34,359 nucleotides of DNA from Chthoniobacteraceae bacterium. GTDB lineage: Bacteria > Verrucomicrobiota > Verrucomicrobiia > Chthoniobacterales > Chthoniobacteraceae. The notes beneath the pieces were generated by a model. It was given only the letters and a program-made list of their open reading frames with translations, did no database searches and was not told where the DNA came from. Below are positions 19,358-28,651 of this stretch, piece by piece (within the stretch, counting starts at the first letter, position 1; every line of letters starts with the position of its first letter). Where the stretch lies: positions 1 through 34,359 of the forward strand of contig JBBCKI010000067.1 in assembly GCA_037190965.1 (NCBI GenBank). Direction: 5' to 3'. The translations under genes and the position numbers were made by a program.

Positions 19358-21565
19358 TTATCCTCGGCGTAGCATCGCCAGGGCCTCTTCCGGGGTCGGT
19401 GCAGAGTATAGCTTTTCCCGGTGCTCATGGTCCGCGCAGAACCGGGCGATCTCCGCAAGCGCGGCGAGGTGCCCTTCCGGGTCGCCCGCCGGGCTAATGA
19501 CAAAAAAGATCAGGCGGAGCGGTTCGCCCTCCTGAGGGAGCGGGAGGCAGTCGGACAGCCGGACGAGGATCGAGAGGTGTCGGTCGAGCCCGGCGCTGTA
19601 AACATGCGGGATGGCGACCCCTCGGCCCATCATGGCGGGCAGGTTGCTCTCGCCTTGCGCGGAAAGTTCCCGGCGAACCTGCTCGCGCGAGATGGAGGGG
19701 CGGCAGGCCACGGCAAACTCGGCGAGTTGGTCGTAAAGCTCCGAAAGGGTGAGGACCTGAAGATCGGCCACCCTCTCGATGCTCCGGGCGAGGAAGCCCG
19801 GAGGGCGACGTAGCGTCAGTACCCGATCGCCCGGCTTTAACGTCGTAAGGTCATACGAGTCGGTCATCGGGGTGATTTCCTCTCCCCGAGCCACGAGAAG
19901 CGGCTGGCCGTTGAAAGCGGGAGGCACGTTGCTCACCTCCAGCGTCTCCATCCACGCATCACCAGCCGCGATCTCCGAATCGATCACCGACGGTCGCGAC
20001 ATTTTGGGAAAAACGATCTGGCGTTCTCCGCCGGGGGAAGGCGTTTGCAGGCGGGTCGCGCTCCAGCGGTAGACTTGCTCGGTCCCGAGCGCCTCGCTCC
20101 ACCGGTTGCAGAGGAGTTCGTTCAACTCGGAGTTGTCGGTCAGGGCGAGGAGATGGCCGAGCTTCTGGAATTCGATCCGTTCCTCGGCCAGTTCGGTATT
20201 CATCGCGTTTTCGCAAAGGGCGGGGAGCCCTGCCGCGACGGTTTCCGAAACGAGGCGTGCATTGGTGTCGAGGATCATGACGTCGCGCCCGGTCGTTTCG
20301 CGGATAAAACGGGCCAGCCTCCGGGTGAAGGCTCCCGCGCTGACGATCAGCCAGCCGTCCGGGGCGGGTCGTTGCAGACGGAGCAGCTTTGCGAGAGGCC
20401 CGGCGGTGAAGCCCTGGATCACGACCGTTGCGACGATCACCGAATAGACGAAGCTCTCCAGAAAGCGGGCACTCGCTTCGCTTTCAATCCCCTGTTCCAC
20501 GAGCGCGATGGCAAAAAGCGAGGCCATGGAAGCGGCGACGATGCCACGCGGAGCCACCCATGAGAGAAAGAGCTTTTCACGCACCGAGAGGCCCGATCCC
20601 CACATCGAAAGCCCGATGTTGAGCGGCCGGACGATGAAGATAACGCAAGCAACCAGGGCCACGCCGGGAAGGCCGAAGTCATGGAACTGCTCGAATCGGA
20701 GCCTCGGGGCAAGCAGGAGAAAAAGCATGCCGATGAGCAGATCGGTGATTTCCGCCTTGAAGGTCTGGATTTGTTTGAGTTCTACCGGGCGATACCAACC
20801 GACGATCAACCCTGCCAGCGTGACTGAAAGCAGCCCTGCTTCGGAGATGATACACTCGGTCACGCCGAAAATGAGGGTCGCCGCGGCCAGGGTAAAGGCG
20901 TTGAGGAGATGGCTGGGGATGAGTCGCTTTTTGAACGCCGCCACGATGGCATAACCCCCAAGCGCGCCCATGGCCAGACCGCTTACAATCCGCACGCCGA
21001 ACTTCGCAATGGCCATCTCTCCGCTTCCGCCCGAGACCCATTCGAAGCAGAGTACCGCTACAAAAACCCCGATGGCATCGATGGCCACTCCTTCCCAATG
21101 CAGGATGGTGTGGAGCTGTGGCACGATTTTGATCCGCTTGAGCAATGGGCCAATCACCGTGGGGCCGGTGACAATGACGAGACTTCCCGCGAGCACCGCG
21201 AAGGCCGGGCTGGTCTTGAAGATTGCCCAGACGCAGAACGCCGTCGCGAGCCACGTCGCCAGAACGCCCACGGAGAGGAGTCGCGTGATGGCCCTCGAAC
21301 CGCGCGCAAATCCGCGCAGGTCGAGCGTTAGCCCGCCCTCGAAAAGAATCAACCCAACCGCGAGCGAAAGGATAACCGGCAGCACTTCTTCGAGGCTGGA
21401 AGGCTGCACCAGCCCGATTCCCTCCGGCCCCAGCGCCACGCCGCCCGCAAGCAGCAGGATGATCGCGGGCAACTTGAACCAGCGCGCTGCGATCGTCAAA
21501 AAGACGCCACCCGAGATGGCGGTGGTCAGGCTGACCAGGAGGGCGTGCTTGGCGGGAATATTCAT
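19358..21565 (-). CDS. CPA1/NhaP-type cation:proton antiporter with RCK-like and C-terminal PTS EIIA domains
   Basis: ~12 hydrophobic segments with ILFEGGLTL, VTGPTVI, WEGVAIDAIG, APRGIVAAS; cytoplasmic LIVSAGAF…VMILDTN (degenerate TrkA-N); C-terminal GRGVAIPH…LIFFVISP…HLAALAEIAR (EIIA). Confidence 0.85.
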   Translation of the reverse strand: MNIPAKHALLVSLTTAISGGVFLTIAARWFKLPAIILLLAGGVALGPEGIGLVQPSSLEEVLPVILSLAVGLILFEGGLTLDLRGFARGSRAITRLLSVGVLATWLATAFCVWAIFKTSPAFAVLAGSLVIVTGPTVIGPLLKRIKIVPQLHTILHWEGVAIDAIGVFVAVLCFEWVSGGSGEMAIAKFGVRIVSGLAMGALGGYAIVAAFKKRLIPSHLLNAFTLAAATLIFGVTECIISEAGLLSVTLAGLIVGWYRPVELKQIQTFKAEITDLLIGMLFLLLAPRLRFEQFHDFGLPGVALVACVIFIVRPLNIGLSMWGSGLSVREKLFLSWVAPRGIVAASMASLFAIALVEQGIESEASARFLESFVYSVIVATVVIQGFTAGPLAKLLRLQRPAPDGWLIVSAGAFTRRLARFIRETTGRDVMILDTNARLVSETVAAGLPALCENAMNTELAEERIEFQKLGHLLALTDNSELNELLCNRWSEALGTEQVYRWSATRLQTPSPGGERQIVFPKMSRPSVIDSEIAAGDAWMETLEVSNVPPAFNGQPLLVARGEEITPMTDSYDLTTLKPGDRVLTLRRPPGFLARSIERVADLQVLTLSELYDQLAEFAVACRPSISREQVRRELSAQGESNLPAMMGRGVAIPHVYSAGLDRHLSILVRLSDCLPLPQEGEPLRLIFFVISPAGDPEGHLAALAEIARFCADHEHREKLYSAPTPEEALAMLRRG

Positions 21566-21694
21566 GGAGGCGGAATGGGTGAAACTGACGGGCAACCCCG
21601 CAGAGAACTCGCCGCCGTGGCCGCTGATGTCAACGGGAACCTGAAGGCTGTTTCGGTTCGCTGTTGTCTCTTTCCTAAAAGTGCGACGTCTCCT

Positions 21695-23776
21695 CTAGGC
21701 AGAGCCCAACCGTGCAAAAAACCGCTCCATTGCGTCACGCAGGTCGGGCTCCCGCACCGGCTTGCTGAGATAATCGTTCATCCCGGATTCCAGGCACTTC
21801 TGGCGGTCCCCCTGCATGGCGTGCGCCGTCATCGCGATGATATAGGCGGGGGTGCGCCCGTTCTGCGCCTCGTGCTTTCGGATCTGCTGGACGGCTTCAT
21901 ACCCATCCATCTCCGGCATCTGGCAGTCCATGAGGATGACATCGTAAGGCATGCGCCGGGCTTCTTCCACTGCCTGGGTGCCATTGGCAACGACGGAGGC
22001 GGTGTAGCCGAGCTTTTGCAGTTGTGCGGTGGCGACGGCCTGGTTAACGGGGCTGTCTTCGGCAAGGAGAATTCGGATGCCTTTTCGCATCTGCGCGGAG
22101 GCGTGGGCGGGTGACTCCTCGGCCACCCTGCCGTCTTCCGAGCCCCAGGCGGGCTTCAGGACGGTAGCGCAGCAATCGATGAACTGTGATTTGCGGATCG
22201 GGGTTGTCAGAAAAGCGTCAACCCCGGCGTCGATGGCTTCCGCGCGGTTGAAGGGCATCCCTAGCGGCGTTGCCAGTACCAACCGGACTTTCAGGGATTC
22301 GGGAGCCTTTTGTGCAAGCAGTTCCTCCAGGGCGGGGGTGTGAAGATGCAGGATGACGAGATCGAAGGGATCTTCGGAAGTTTTGCAAAGAATTTGCCGC
22401 GCTTCGCGGAGGGTTGCCGCGCCGCTTGTCTGCACAAGCCATGCCTGCGCCTGCTGTTCAAGGATCTGTCGGCGGTCGGGATCGGATTCGATGATGAGCG
22501 CTTTGATTCCTGCCAAACCGCGCTTGCCGGAAGTGTGCTCGACGCGGCCCTCCTGCTTGTCGAGGGGGATGGCGAACCGGAAGGTGGACCCGCGCCCGGC
22601 GACGCTCTCGAGGCTGATCTCGCCGCCCATGATCCCGACGAGTTGCTTGCAAATGGCAAGCCCAAGGCCCGTACCCCCGTATTTGCGCGTGGTTGAGCTG
22701 TCTGCCTGGCTGAAGGCCTGGAAAAGCCGCGCCCGTGCTTCGGCGCTGATTCCGATACCGGTATCGTGGACTTCGAAGACGAGGGTGGCCTGCCGTTCGC
22801 TCTCTCCCCGCTTGGAGACGCGGAGAATCACCTGCCCGTGCTCCGTGAATTTGACGGCGTTGCCGAGGAGGTTGGTGAGGATCTGTCGAAGCCGCGTCGG
22901 ATCTCCCCGCAGGCGTACCGGCACATCGGGGTGGAGGATGCCTTCCAGGTAAAGTTTCTTGGAATGCGCGTGCTCCACCACAAGCCGGAGGGTCTCCTCG
23001 ACCACATCCTGAAGGTCGAAGTCGATCACCTCCAGGGTGAGCTTGTTGGCTTCGATCTTGGAAAAATCGAGGATGTCGTTGATGAGCGAGACGAGTGATT
23101 CGGCGCAGGTACGCACGGTCTCCGCATAGTCGCGCTGCTGCCGCGAAAGTTCGGTATCGAGAAGCAGGCTGGTCATGCCGATCACCCCGTTCATCGGGGT
23201 GCGAATCTCGTGGCTCATATTGGCGAGGAATTCGGATTTCGCCTGAGTGGCCGCTTCGAGCTTCTCATTGACGGAAATGAGTGCCGTGTTGCTTTCGATC
23301 AACTGTTGCTGGCTGCGGCGCAGGGCGTTGAACGCTTCGTCGCGCTGGAGCCGAAGACCGTGGGCCCTGGAGTGGTAGCGGATGCGCGCCAGCAGTTCGA
23401 GACGGTCGGGAAGCTTGACCATGTAGTCATTGGCTCCGGCGGCAAACGCGTCGCTTTTGATCTGGGCCTCCTCGTTGCTGGAGAGGACGATGATGGGGGT
23501 ATGCCGTGTGTTGGCGTGGTTGCGAAACTGGCGCAAGAGGGTGATGCCATCCATCTGCGGCATGACCAGGTCGAGCAGGATGACCGTCGGTTTGAGCTTG
23601 TCGGCCAGCGAGAGGGCATCGAGCGGGTTGGCGCAATAATGGACATTGATGTCGGACTCCCCCAGCAGCGCCCGGTGAACCGCGGCGGCGACAAGCGCCT
23701 GGTCGTCCACCAGGAGGGCCAGGCCGGGAAACTCGTCATTGATGTCCCAGGTGAGAATCTCTGTTTCGTCGGTCAT
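21695..23776 (-). CDS. Hybrid sensor kinase: WspR-like REC - HisKA - HATPase - pseudo-REC - REC
   Basis: REC ([19 protein letters not shown]); H-box [37 protein letters not shown]; terminal REC ([17 protein letters not shown]). ATGA-coupled to the upstream gene. Confidence 0.92.
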   Translation of the reverse strand: MTDETEILTWDINDEFPGLALLVDDQALVAAAVHRALLGESDINVHYCANPLDALSLADKLKPTVILLDLVMPQMDGITLLRQFRNHANTRHTPIIVLSSNEEAQIKSDAFAAGANDYMVKLPDRLELLARIRYHSRAHGLRLQRDEAFNALRRSQQQLIESNTALISVNEKLEAATQAKSEFLANMSHEIRTPMNGVIGMTSLLLDTELSRQQRDYAETVRTCAESLVSLINDILDFSKIEANKLTLEVIDFDLQDVVEETLRLVVEHAHSKKLYLEGILHPDVPVRLRGDPTRLRQILTNLLGNAVKFTEHGQVILRVSKRGESERQATLVFEVHDTGIGISAEARARLFQAFSQADSSTTRKYGGTGLGLAICKQLVGIMGGEISLESVAGRGSTFRFAIPLDKQEGRVEHTSGKRGLAGIKALIIESDPDRRQILEQQAQAWLVQTSGAATLREARQILCKTSEDPFDLVILHLHTPALEELLAQKAPESLKVRLVLATPLGMPFNRAEAIDAGVDAFLTTPIRKSQFIDCCATVLKPAWGSEDGRVAEESPAHASAQMRKGIRILLAEDSPVNQAVATAQLQKLGYTASVVANGTQAVEEARRMPYDVILMDCQMPEMDGYEAVQQIRKHEAQNGRTPAYIIAMTAHAMQGDRQKCLESGMNDYLSKPVREPDLRDAMERFFARLGSA

Positions 23777-24519
23777 GGGTGGGGAGAAGGCTGATTGTCG
23801 GAGGAGCCCTCGGGGTGCTGCCGGGCCCGGCAATCCGGGCAGAAATCGGTCACCGGGAGCAGGTCGGGATCTTGAAAAATCAACCCCTCGGCTTGTTTGC
23901 GAAATGCGGGATCGCTACGGAACTGCCCGCAACAGCCGCAGACCGGGACGAGGCGCTTGAGCTGGCGAAGCCCGGCAAGGGCTTTTTCATAGTCCTGATT
24001 GACCAGATAAAGCTCCGCGTTCTTTCTGACCAGTTGCTGCTGGCTCTCGCGGAGCGCCCGGAAGGCTTCTTCGCGTTGTACCCGGTTGAGATGGGCTTTC
24101 GAGTGGTAGCGGACCCGCGCCCGGAGCTCCACCGTATCGGGGAGTTTGACCAGATAGTCGTTGGCCCCCATGGCAAAAGCCTCACTTTTGGTATGGGCTT
24201 CCTCTTTGGAGGAAAGGACCACAATGGGGGTCTCGCGCGTGGGGGTATTCGCGCGGAATGCTTTGAGAAGCTCGATTCCGTTGATCTCCGGCATCACCAA
24301 GTCCAGAAGGATCACGCTCGGCCTTAGTTCGCTTGCCAGCGTGATGCTTTCAAGCGGGTTGGCGCAGTAGTGATAGTCGATGTCCCGCTGGTGGAGGAAC
24401 GCGCGACGCACGGCATCGGAAACGAAGGCTTGATCGTCAATGAGCAGGACGATGGCATGATACGATTCGGGAAGGGTATAGTCTGTGGGGAGCACGACGG
24501 CGGAAGGGTGATCGCTCAT
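23773..24519 (-). CDS. WspR-like response regulator lacking GGDEF, with Cys-rich C-terminal tail
   Basis: REC LLIDDQ…ILLDLVMP…[11 protein letters not shown], WspR-type stalk RYHSKAH…[16 protein letters not shown], then [12 protein letters not shown]…FCPDC. ATGA-coupled at both ends. Confidence 0.88.
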   Translation of the reverse strand: MSDHPSAVVLPTDYTLPESYHAIVLLIDDQAFVSDAVRRAFLHQRDIDYHYCANPLESITLASELRPSVILLDLVMPEINGIELLKAFRANTPTRETPIVVLSSKEEAHTKSEAFAMGANDYLVKLPDTVELRARVRYHSKAHLNRVQREEAFRALRESQQQLVRKNAELYLVNQDYEKALAGLRQLKRLVPVCGCCGQFRSDPAFRKQAEGLIFQDPDLLPVTDFCPDCRARQHPEGSSDNQPSPHP

Positions 24520-25547
24520 GAATTGGGGGAAGGCGACGAACGAGTAAAGCACCACCGCTCCAGGGCGGCTGCAATTTTTTCCAGAGGGAGAATTTCGATG
24601 GCCGCCCCCAGTTGGGCGGCGGCTTTGGGCATTCCGTAGACAGCACTGCTTGCTTCGTCCTGCGCAATGGTATGAAAACCGGCTTTGCGGAGTTGCAGGA
24701 GTCCCTGCGCGCCGTCGCGCCCCATCCCGGTCAGTTGAATCCCTACGGCTTCCCCCTTCCAATGCCGCTTCAGGCTTGCAAAAAAAGCGTCGACCGAGGG
24801 GCGATAAAACGTATCGGCCGGTTCCTTGCAGTACCCGAGCCGACGCGAATCGGTGAAAACAAGGTGGTCGTTTTTAGCGGCAATGAGGACTTCGCCCGGA
24901 GTCGGAGTATCCCCTTCCGCGGCCGCCCTGACAGGAAGGACCGACTGTTCCTCCAGCCAGCGGGCCAGCGGCTGCGCGAACTGTTCGTCCACGTGCTGAA
25001 TAATGACGATGGCTGCCGGAAAATCGCGCGGCAGGCCCCGCAATACTCCGGCCAGCGCGGCCGGGCCTCCCGCGGAGGAGCCAATGGCGACAAGCCGTGA
25101 GCGCGATCGGGATTCGGAAAAGGGGCGGGCAGCTTCGCGGGGCAGGCGTTTGTTGCCGTTGCCCAGAAGCCGCTCCATCATGTCGATCTTGGTAAGCAGT
25201 GGGCCGTTTTCGTCGTCGTCCAGGCTGAAAGCGGGGGTATCCACGGCGTCAAGCGCCCCGGCGCCCATCGCTTCGAAAACTTTGCCGACGTTGTCGGCGA
25301 TGCTGAAGGTGACTACCAGAATGGGGCAGGGGCTTTCGGCCATGATCCGCCGGGTGGCCTCAACGCCGTTCATGACCGGCATTAGCAGATCCATCAAAAC
25401 GAGATCTGGCTTTGCCTTCCGGCAATATTCGAGCGCTTCCTCCCCGTTGCTTGCGACCCAGGCGATCTCGTGTTGTGGACGCGACTTCAACGCGCGGCGC
25501 AGGGCGGCGACGGCAATGGACAGATCATTGACAATTCCTATTCGCAC
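24516..25547 (-). CDS. wspF: Chemotaxis response regulator protein-glutamate methylesterase (WspF/CheB)
   Basis: MRIGIVND start typical of WspF; REC VLMDLLMP; catalytic GSSAGG, IQHV, GMGRDG; SAVYGMPKAA. Confidence 0.92.
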   Translation of the reverse strand: MRIGIVNDLSIAVAALRRALKSRPQHEIAWVASNGEEALEYCRKAKPDLVLMDLLMPVMNGVEATRRIMAESPCPILVVTFSIADNVGKVFEAMGAGALDAVDTPAFSLDDDENGPLLTKIDMMERLLGNGNKRLPREAARPFSESRSRSRLVAIGSSAGGPAALAGVLRGLPRDFPAAIVIIQHVDEQFAQPLARWLEEQSVLPVRAAAEGDTPTPGEVLIAAKNDHLVFTDSRRLGYCKEPADTFYRPSVDAFFASLKRHWKGEAVGIQLTGMGRDGAQGLLQLRKAGFHTIAQDEASSAVYGMPKAAAQLGAAIEILPLEKIAAALERWCFTRSSPSPNS

Positions 25548-25676
25548 TTACTGGGGATGATAGCCAACGGGTGTCTATTTTGGAAGCTCCTCTTCACCTA
25601 AAAGCGGCAATGGATCGGGGCAATGGTCAAGGCTCTCAGCATCTCGCGCCAGCTCATTCCCTCCCCATCATCGCTT

Positions 25677-27959
25677 TTAGGTTTCATCGGCTTTTCCAAT
25701 CAGGTCCGCGACGGCGTGAAGAAGGGTTTCGTCGTGGAAACTGCCCTTGGTGAGGTAGTAGTCGGCGCCCGCCTCCAGACCTCGATGCCGGTCCTCCGGG
25801 CGGTCTTTGTAGGAGACGATCATCACGGGGATGGACTTCACCCGCGGTTCATTCTTGATCAGGCGCACCAGTTCGATGCCGTCGAGCCGGGGCATGTCGA
25901 TGTCGGTCACCACCAGGTCATAGGCTTGGGTGCGGACGGCGTTCCAGCCATCCATGCCGTCGACGGCGGCTTCCACTTCATACCCGGCGTCGCTCAAAAG
26001 TTTTCTCTCCAGTTCGCGGACCGTCAGGGAGTCGTCCACGACAAGGATCCGTTTGCGGCGGTGGCCGCCACGCGCGGCGTTTTGGGTTCGCAACTTGCTC
26101 ATCCCGCCACCCGAGGCCAGCGTTTCGATTGAGCGGAGCAGGTCGTCCACGTCGACGATAAGGACGGGCGAGCCGTCGGGCATGAGTGCTCCGGCGCTGA
26201 TATCCTTGATCTTTCCCAGCCGGCGGTCCAGGGGCTGCACGACGAGTTGCCGCTCGCCGAGGAAGGCATCCACGGCGACGCCAAAACATTGTCCGCGCTC
26301 CCCAATCACCACCACCGGCAGAATTTCCTGAGGGGGGGAGGTCTCCTTCCCGAAAAGCTGATTGGCGGCCACGAGGCCGATCTGTTGACCGCCGAAGGGG
26401 GCGTGTTCCTTTCCTTCGAGCGTCTCGATTTGTTCCCGGGGCAACTGGATTGCGCTTCGAATCCGTACCAGCGGAAAGGCATACGGCTCTCCCGCCACTT
26501 CGACCAGCAGCGCCCGGATGACCGAGAGGGTGAGCGGCAGGTGGATCTGAAAACGCGTTCCGCGCCCCGGCGTCGTGGTGGCGCGAACGCTGCCTCCGAC
26601 CGTTTTGGCCATATTTTGCACCGCGTCGAGCCCCACGCCGCGCCCGGAGATCTCGGTCACCGCTTCGCGCATGGAAAATCCCGGCAGAAAAAGAAATTCG
26701 AGGAGTTCCTCTTCACTAAGCTGCCCGGCGATTTCCGCGGTGGTGAGTTTTTTCTCCACCACGGCCGCTCGAAGCCCTTCGAGGGGGATGCCTCGTCCGT
26801 CATCTTCGATGATGATCTGGAGCTGGCCTGAGACGTGGCGCGCTTCCAGACGGAGAAGTCCCTCGCGCGGCTTTCCGGCTCGTTCCCGTTCGGTTGGGAG
26901 CTCCAGCCCATGATCCACGGCATTGCGCAGCAGGTGGTTGAGCGGGGCTTCCAGTTTCTCAAGGACATCGCGATCGACCGCCGTGCTCTCTCCGGCGATC
27001 TCCAGCTTCACCTCTTTGCCCAGGGTGCGCGCGAGATCTCGCACCAACCTCGGGAAGCCATGGACGCCGTCGGCGAAAGGCCGCATCCGGCTCGCCAGCG
27101 CTTCATTGTAGAGGCGATGGGAAAGATTGGCCGACCGGCGGCTGAAGAGTTCCAGTTCCGCGTGGCGATCGGACAGCCCTTGCAGGCAGCCGTCTGCGAG
27201 TTGCATCGCTTCGGCCAGCCGCGTTTGCGAGGAGGCGTCGACGTCGGCCAGCGCTTCGCGCAAGATTTCGAGATTTTTGAGCAGGTGCCAATGTTGCCGC
27301 TTGAGCCGCAGGAGCGATTCCGCATACGGCTGGAGCCAGCGCGATTCCACCAGCGACTCGCCCGCGAGCCCAAGCAACCTGTTGAGGTTGGAGGCGCTGA
27401 CGCGCAAAATCCGGTCATCCCTGGCCGGTTCGACGGGAGAGGGAGAGGGCGATGGCGCGGGAGGGATTTCGACGGGAGAGGGAGCCGGCGAGGATGGTGT
27501 TTTTTCCGAAGGAGAAGATTCTGCCGCTGCGGGAAGTTCGCATCGGATGATCTCCAGAACGGAGCGGATGGCCTGTTCGACGGAAGCGCTTCGCTCCGAT
27601 TCTCCCATTTGCCAGGAGGCCATCTCGGCTTCCGGGGTTGACGCGATTTGCCGGAGCAGGTCGTTGCTTTTGAGAAGGCGGTCCGTGGCCTCCTCATGGA
27701 GCACGATGGCGCCGCTCTGCGCGGCTACAAAGCAGTCCTCCATGGCGTGGGCCACCCGGACGGCGGTGTCGAGCCCCACGATGCGGGCCGCTCCCTTGAG
27801 CGAATGCGCGGCGCGCATCAACGCTTCAAGTCGCGCCGCGTCGGCGGGATCGCGCTCGAGCGCCAGCAACCCTTCGGTGAGCAAAGCGCATTGGGTTTCG
27901 GCTTCCTGCTGGAAGAGGTCGAAGAGGGAGAACTGGCTGAAGGGATCGTCGGTGCTCAT
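25677..27959 (-). CDS. wspE: CheA-like hybrid kinase (Hpt-HATPase-CheW-REC), WspE
   Basis: Hpt MRAAHSLKGAARIV, Pro-rich linker, HLLRNAVDHG, SGRGVGLD, CheW domain, C-terminal REC ILVVDDS…VTDIDMP. Confidence 0.92.
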   Translation of the reverse strand: MSTDDPFSQFSLFDLFQQEAETQCALLTEGLLALERDPADAARLEALMRAAHSLKGAARIVGLDTAVRVAHAMEDCFVAAQSGAIVLHEEATDRLLKSNDLLRQIASTPEAEMASWQMGESERSASVEQAIRSVLEIIRCELPAAAESSPSEKTPSSPAPSPVEIPPAPSPSPSPVEPARDDRILRVSASNLNRLLGLAGESLVESRWLQPYAESLLRLKRQHWHLLKNLEILREALADVDASSQTRLAEAMQLADGCLQGLSDRHAELELFSRRSANLSHRLYNEALASRMRPFADGVHGFPRLVRDLARTLGKEVKLEIAGESTAVDRDVLEKLEAPLNHLLRNAVDHGLELPTERERAGKPREGLLRLEARHVSGQLQIIIEDDGRGIPLEGLRAAVVEKKLTTAEIAGQLSEEELLEFLFLPGFSMREAVTEISGRGVGLDAVQNMAKTVGGSVRATTTPGRGTRFQIHLPLTLSVIRALLVEVAGEPYAFPLVRIRSAIQLPREQIETLEGKEHAPFGGQQIGLVAANQLFGKETSPPQEILPVVVIGERGQCFGVAVDAFLGERQLVVQPLDRRLGKIKDISAGALMPDGSPVLIVDVDDLLRSIETLASGGGMSKLRTQNAARGGHRRKRILVVDDSLTVRELERKLLSDAGYEVEAAVDGMDGWNAVRTQAYDLVVTDIDMPRLDGIELVRLIKNEPRVKSIPVMIVSYKDRPEDRHRGLEAGADYYLTKGSFHDETLLHAVADLIGKADET

Positions 27960-27967
27960 GTTCAGAC

Positions 27968-28636
27968 TCAGGCGAACTGGCGGCCCAGCGTGTAAAAAAG
28001 AAGGTCGCTGTCGAGGATGCCGACACTGAATCCCTCCCAGGAGATCAGGCCCAGCGTATAGGCGGCCGATGCAAGGCTGACGGTGGAAGGCACCGGTTTG
28101 AGCTCGTCCGGGTGATAGCGTCGGCCGACATGGACTTCGTCCACCGGAAAGACGGCGCGGTTCCCTTTGTGGGAAAGGACGAGGAGCCGGGGATGGGCTT
28201 TCCGTTCCTTTTTCGGCTCGGGAGGTAACCCTTGCTCGACCAGACCGAGTAGACCTGCCGGGGAGACGCACAGGAGCAGTTCACCGCGAATATTCACAAC
28301 TCCCCGCACCGCGTCGTCCTGGCGCCGATGAGGCAGGGAGCGAATGGGTCGCAGGTCGGCCACTTCCAGAAAGACTTTTGAGGGTAGGGCGAGCCATTCG
28401 CCTCCGACGCGAAAGATCACGATGGAGAGAGTGCCTGCGAGTTCCTTGTGACGCGGTTGCGCGATGCGCATTGTCCATTCCGCCTGGTAGCCTTCGGGCG
28501 GTTTCCGGTCGAGCAAGGCTGCCGCCGCGCTGCAAAAGACGCCACAGTTGCGGCAGTGCAGGTGAGTCGCCAGTTCCGGGCAGGAACGGTCGCCCCAAAT
28601 TCCGACGCGCTTCCAGCAGGTATCAATCGTGAGCAT
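27968..28636 (-). CDS. wspD: CheW-like adaptor WspD
   Basis: WspD-type N-terminal Cys motif CWKRVGIWGDRSCPEL…HCRNC, then CheW domain (IFRVGGEWLALP, GVVNIRGEL). Confidence 0.9.
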   Translation of the reverse strand: MLTIDTCWKRVGIWGDRSCPELATHLHCRNCGVFCSAAAALLDRKPPEGYQAEWTMRIAQPRHKELAGTLSIVIFRVGGEWLALPSKVFLEVADLRPIRSLPHRRQDDAVRGVVNIRGELLLCVSPAGLLGLVEQGLPPEPKKERKAHPRLLVLSHKGNRAVFPVDEVHVGRRYHPDELKPVPSTVSLASAAYTLGLISWEGFSVGILDSDLLFYTLGRQFA

Positions 28637-28651
28637 ACAGCGGATTTGCCT

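Noticed and set aside
27425..27495. Direct repeat TCGACGGGAGAGGGAG within wspE
   Set aside because: It encodes the Pro/Ser-rich Hpt linker (PSPVE twice), which is ordinary for CheA-like proteins.
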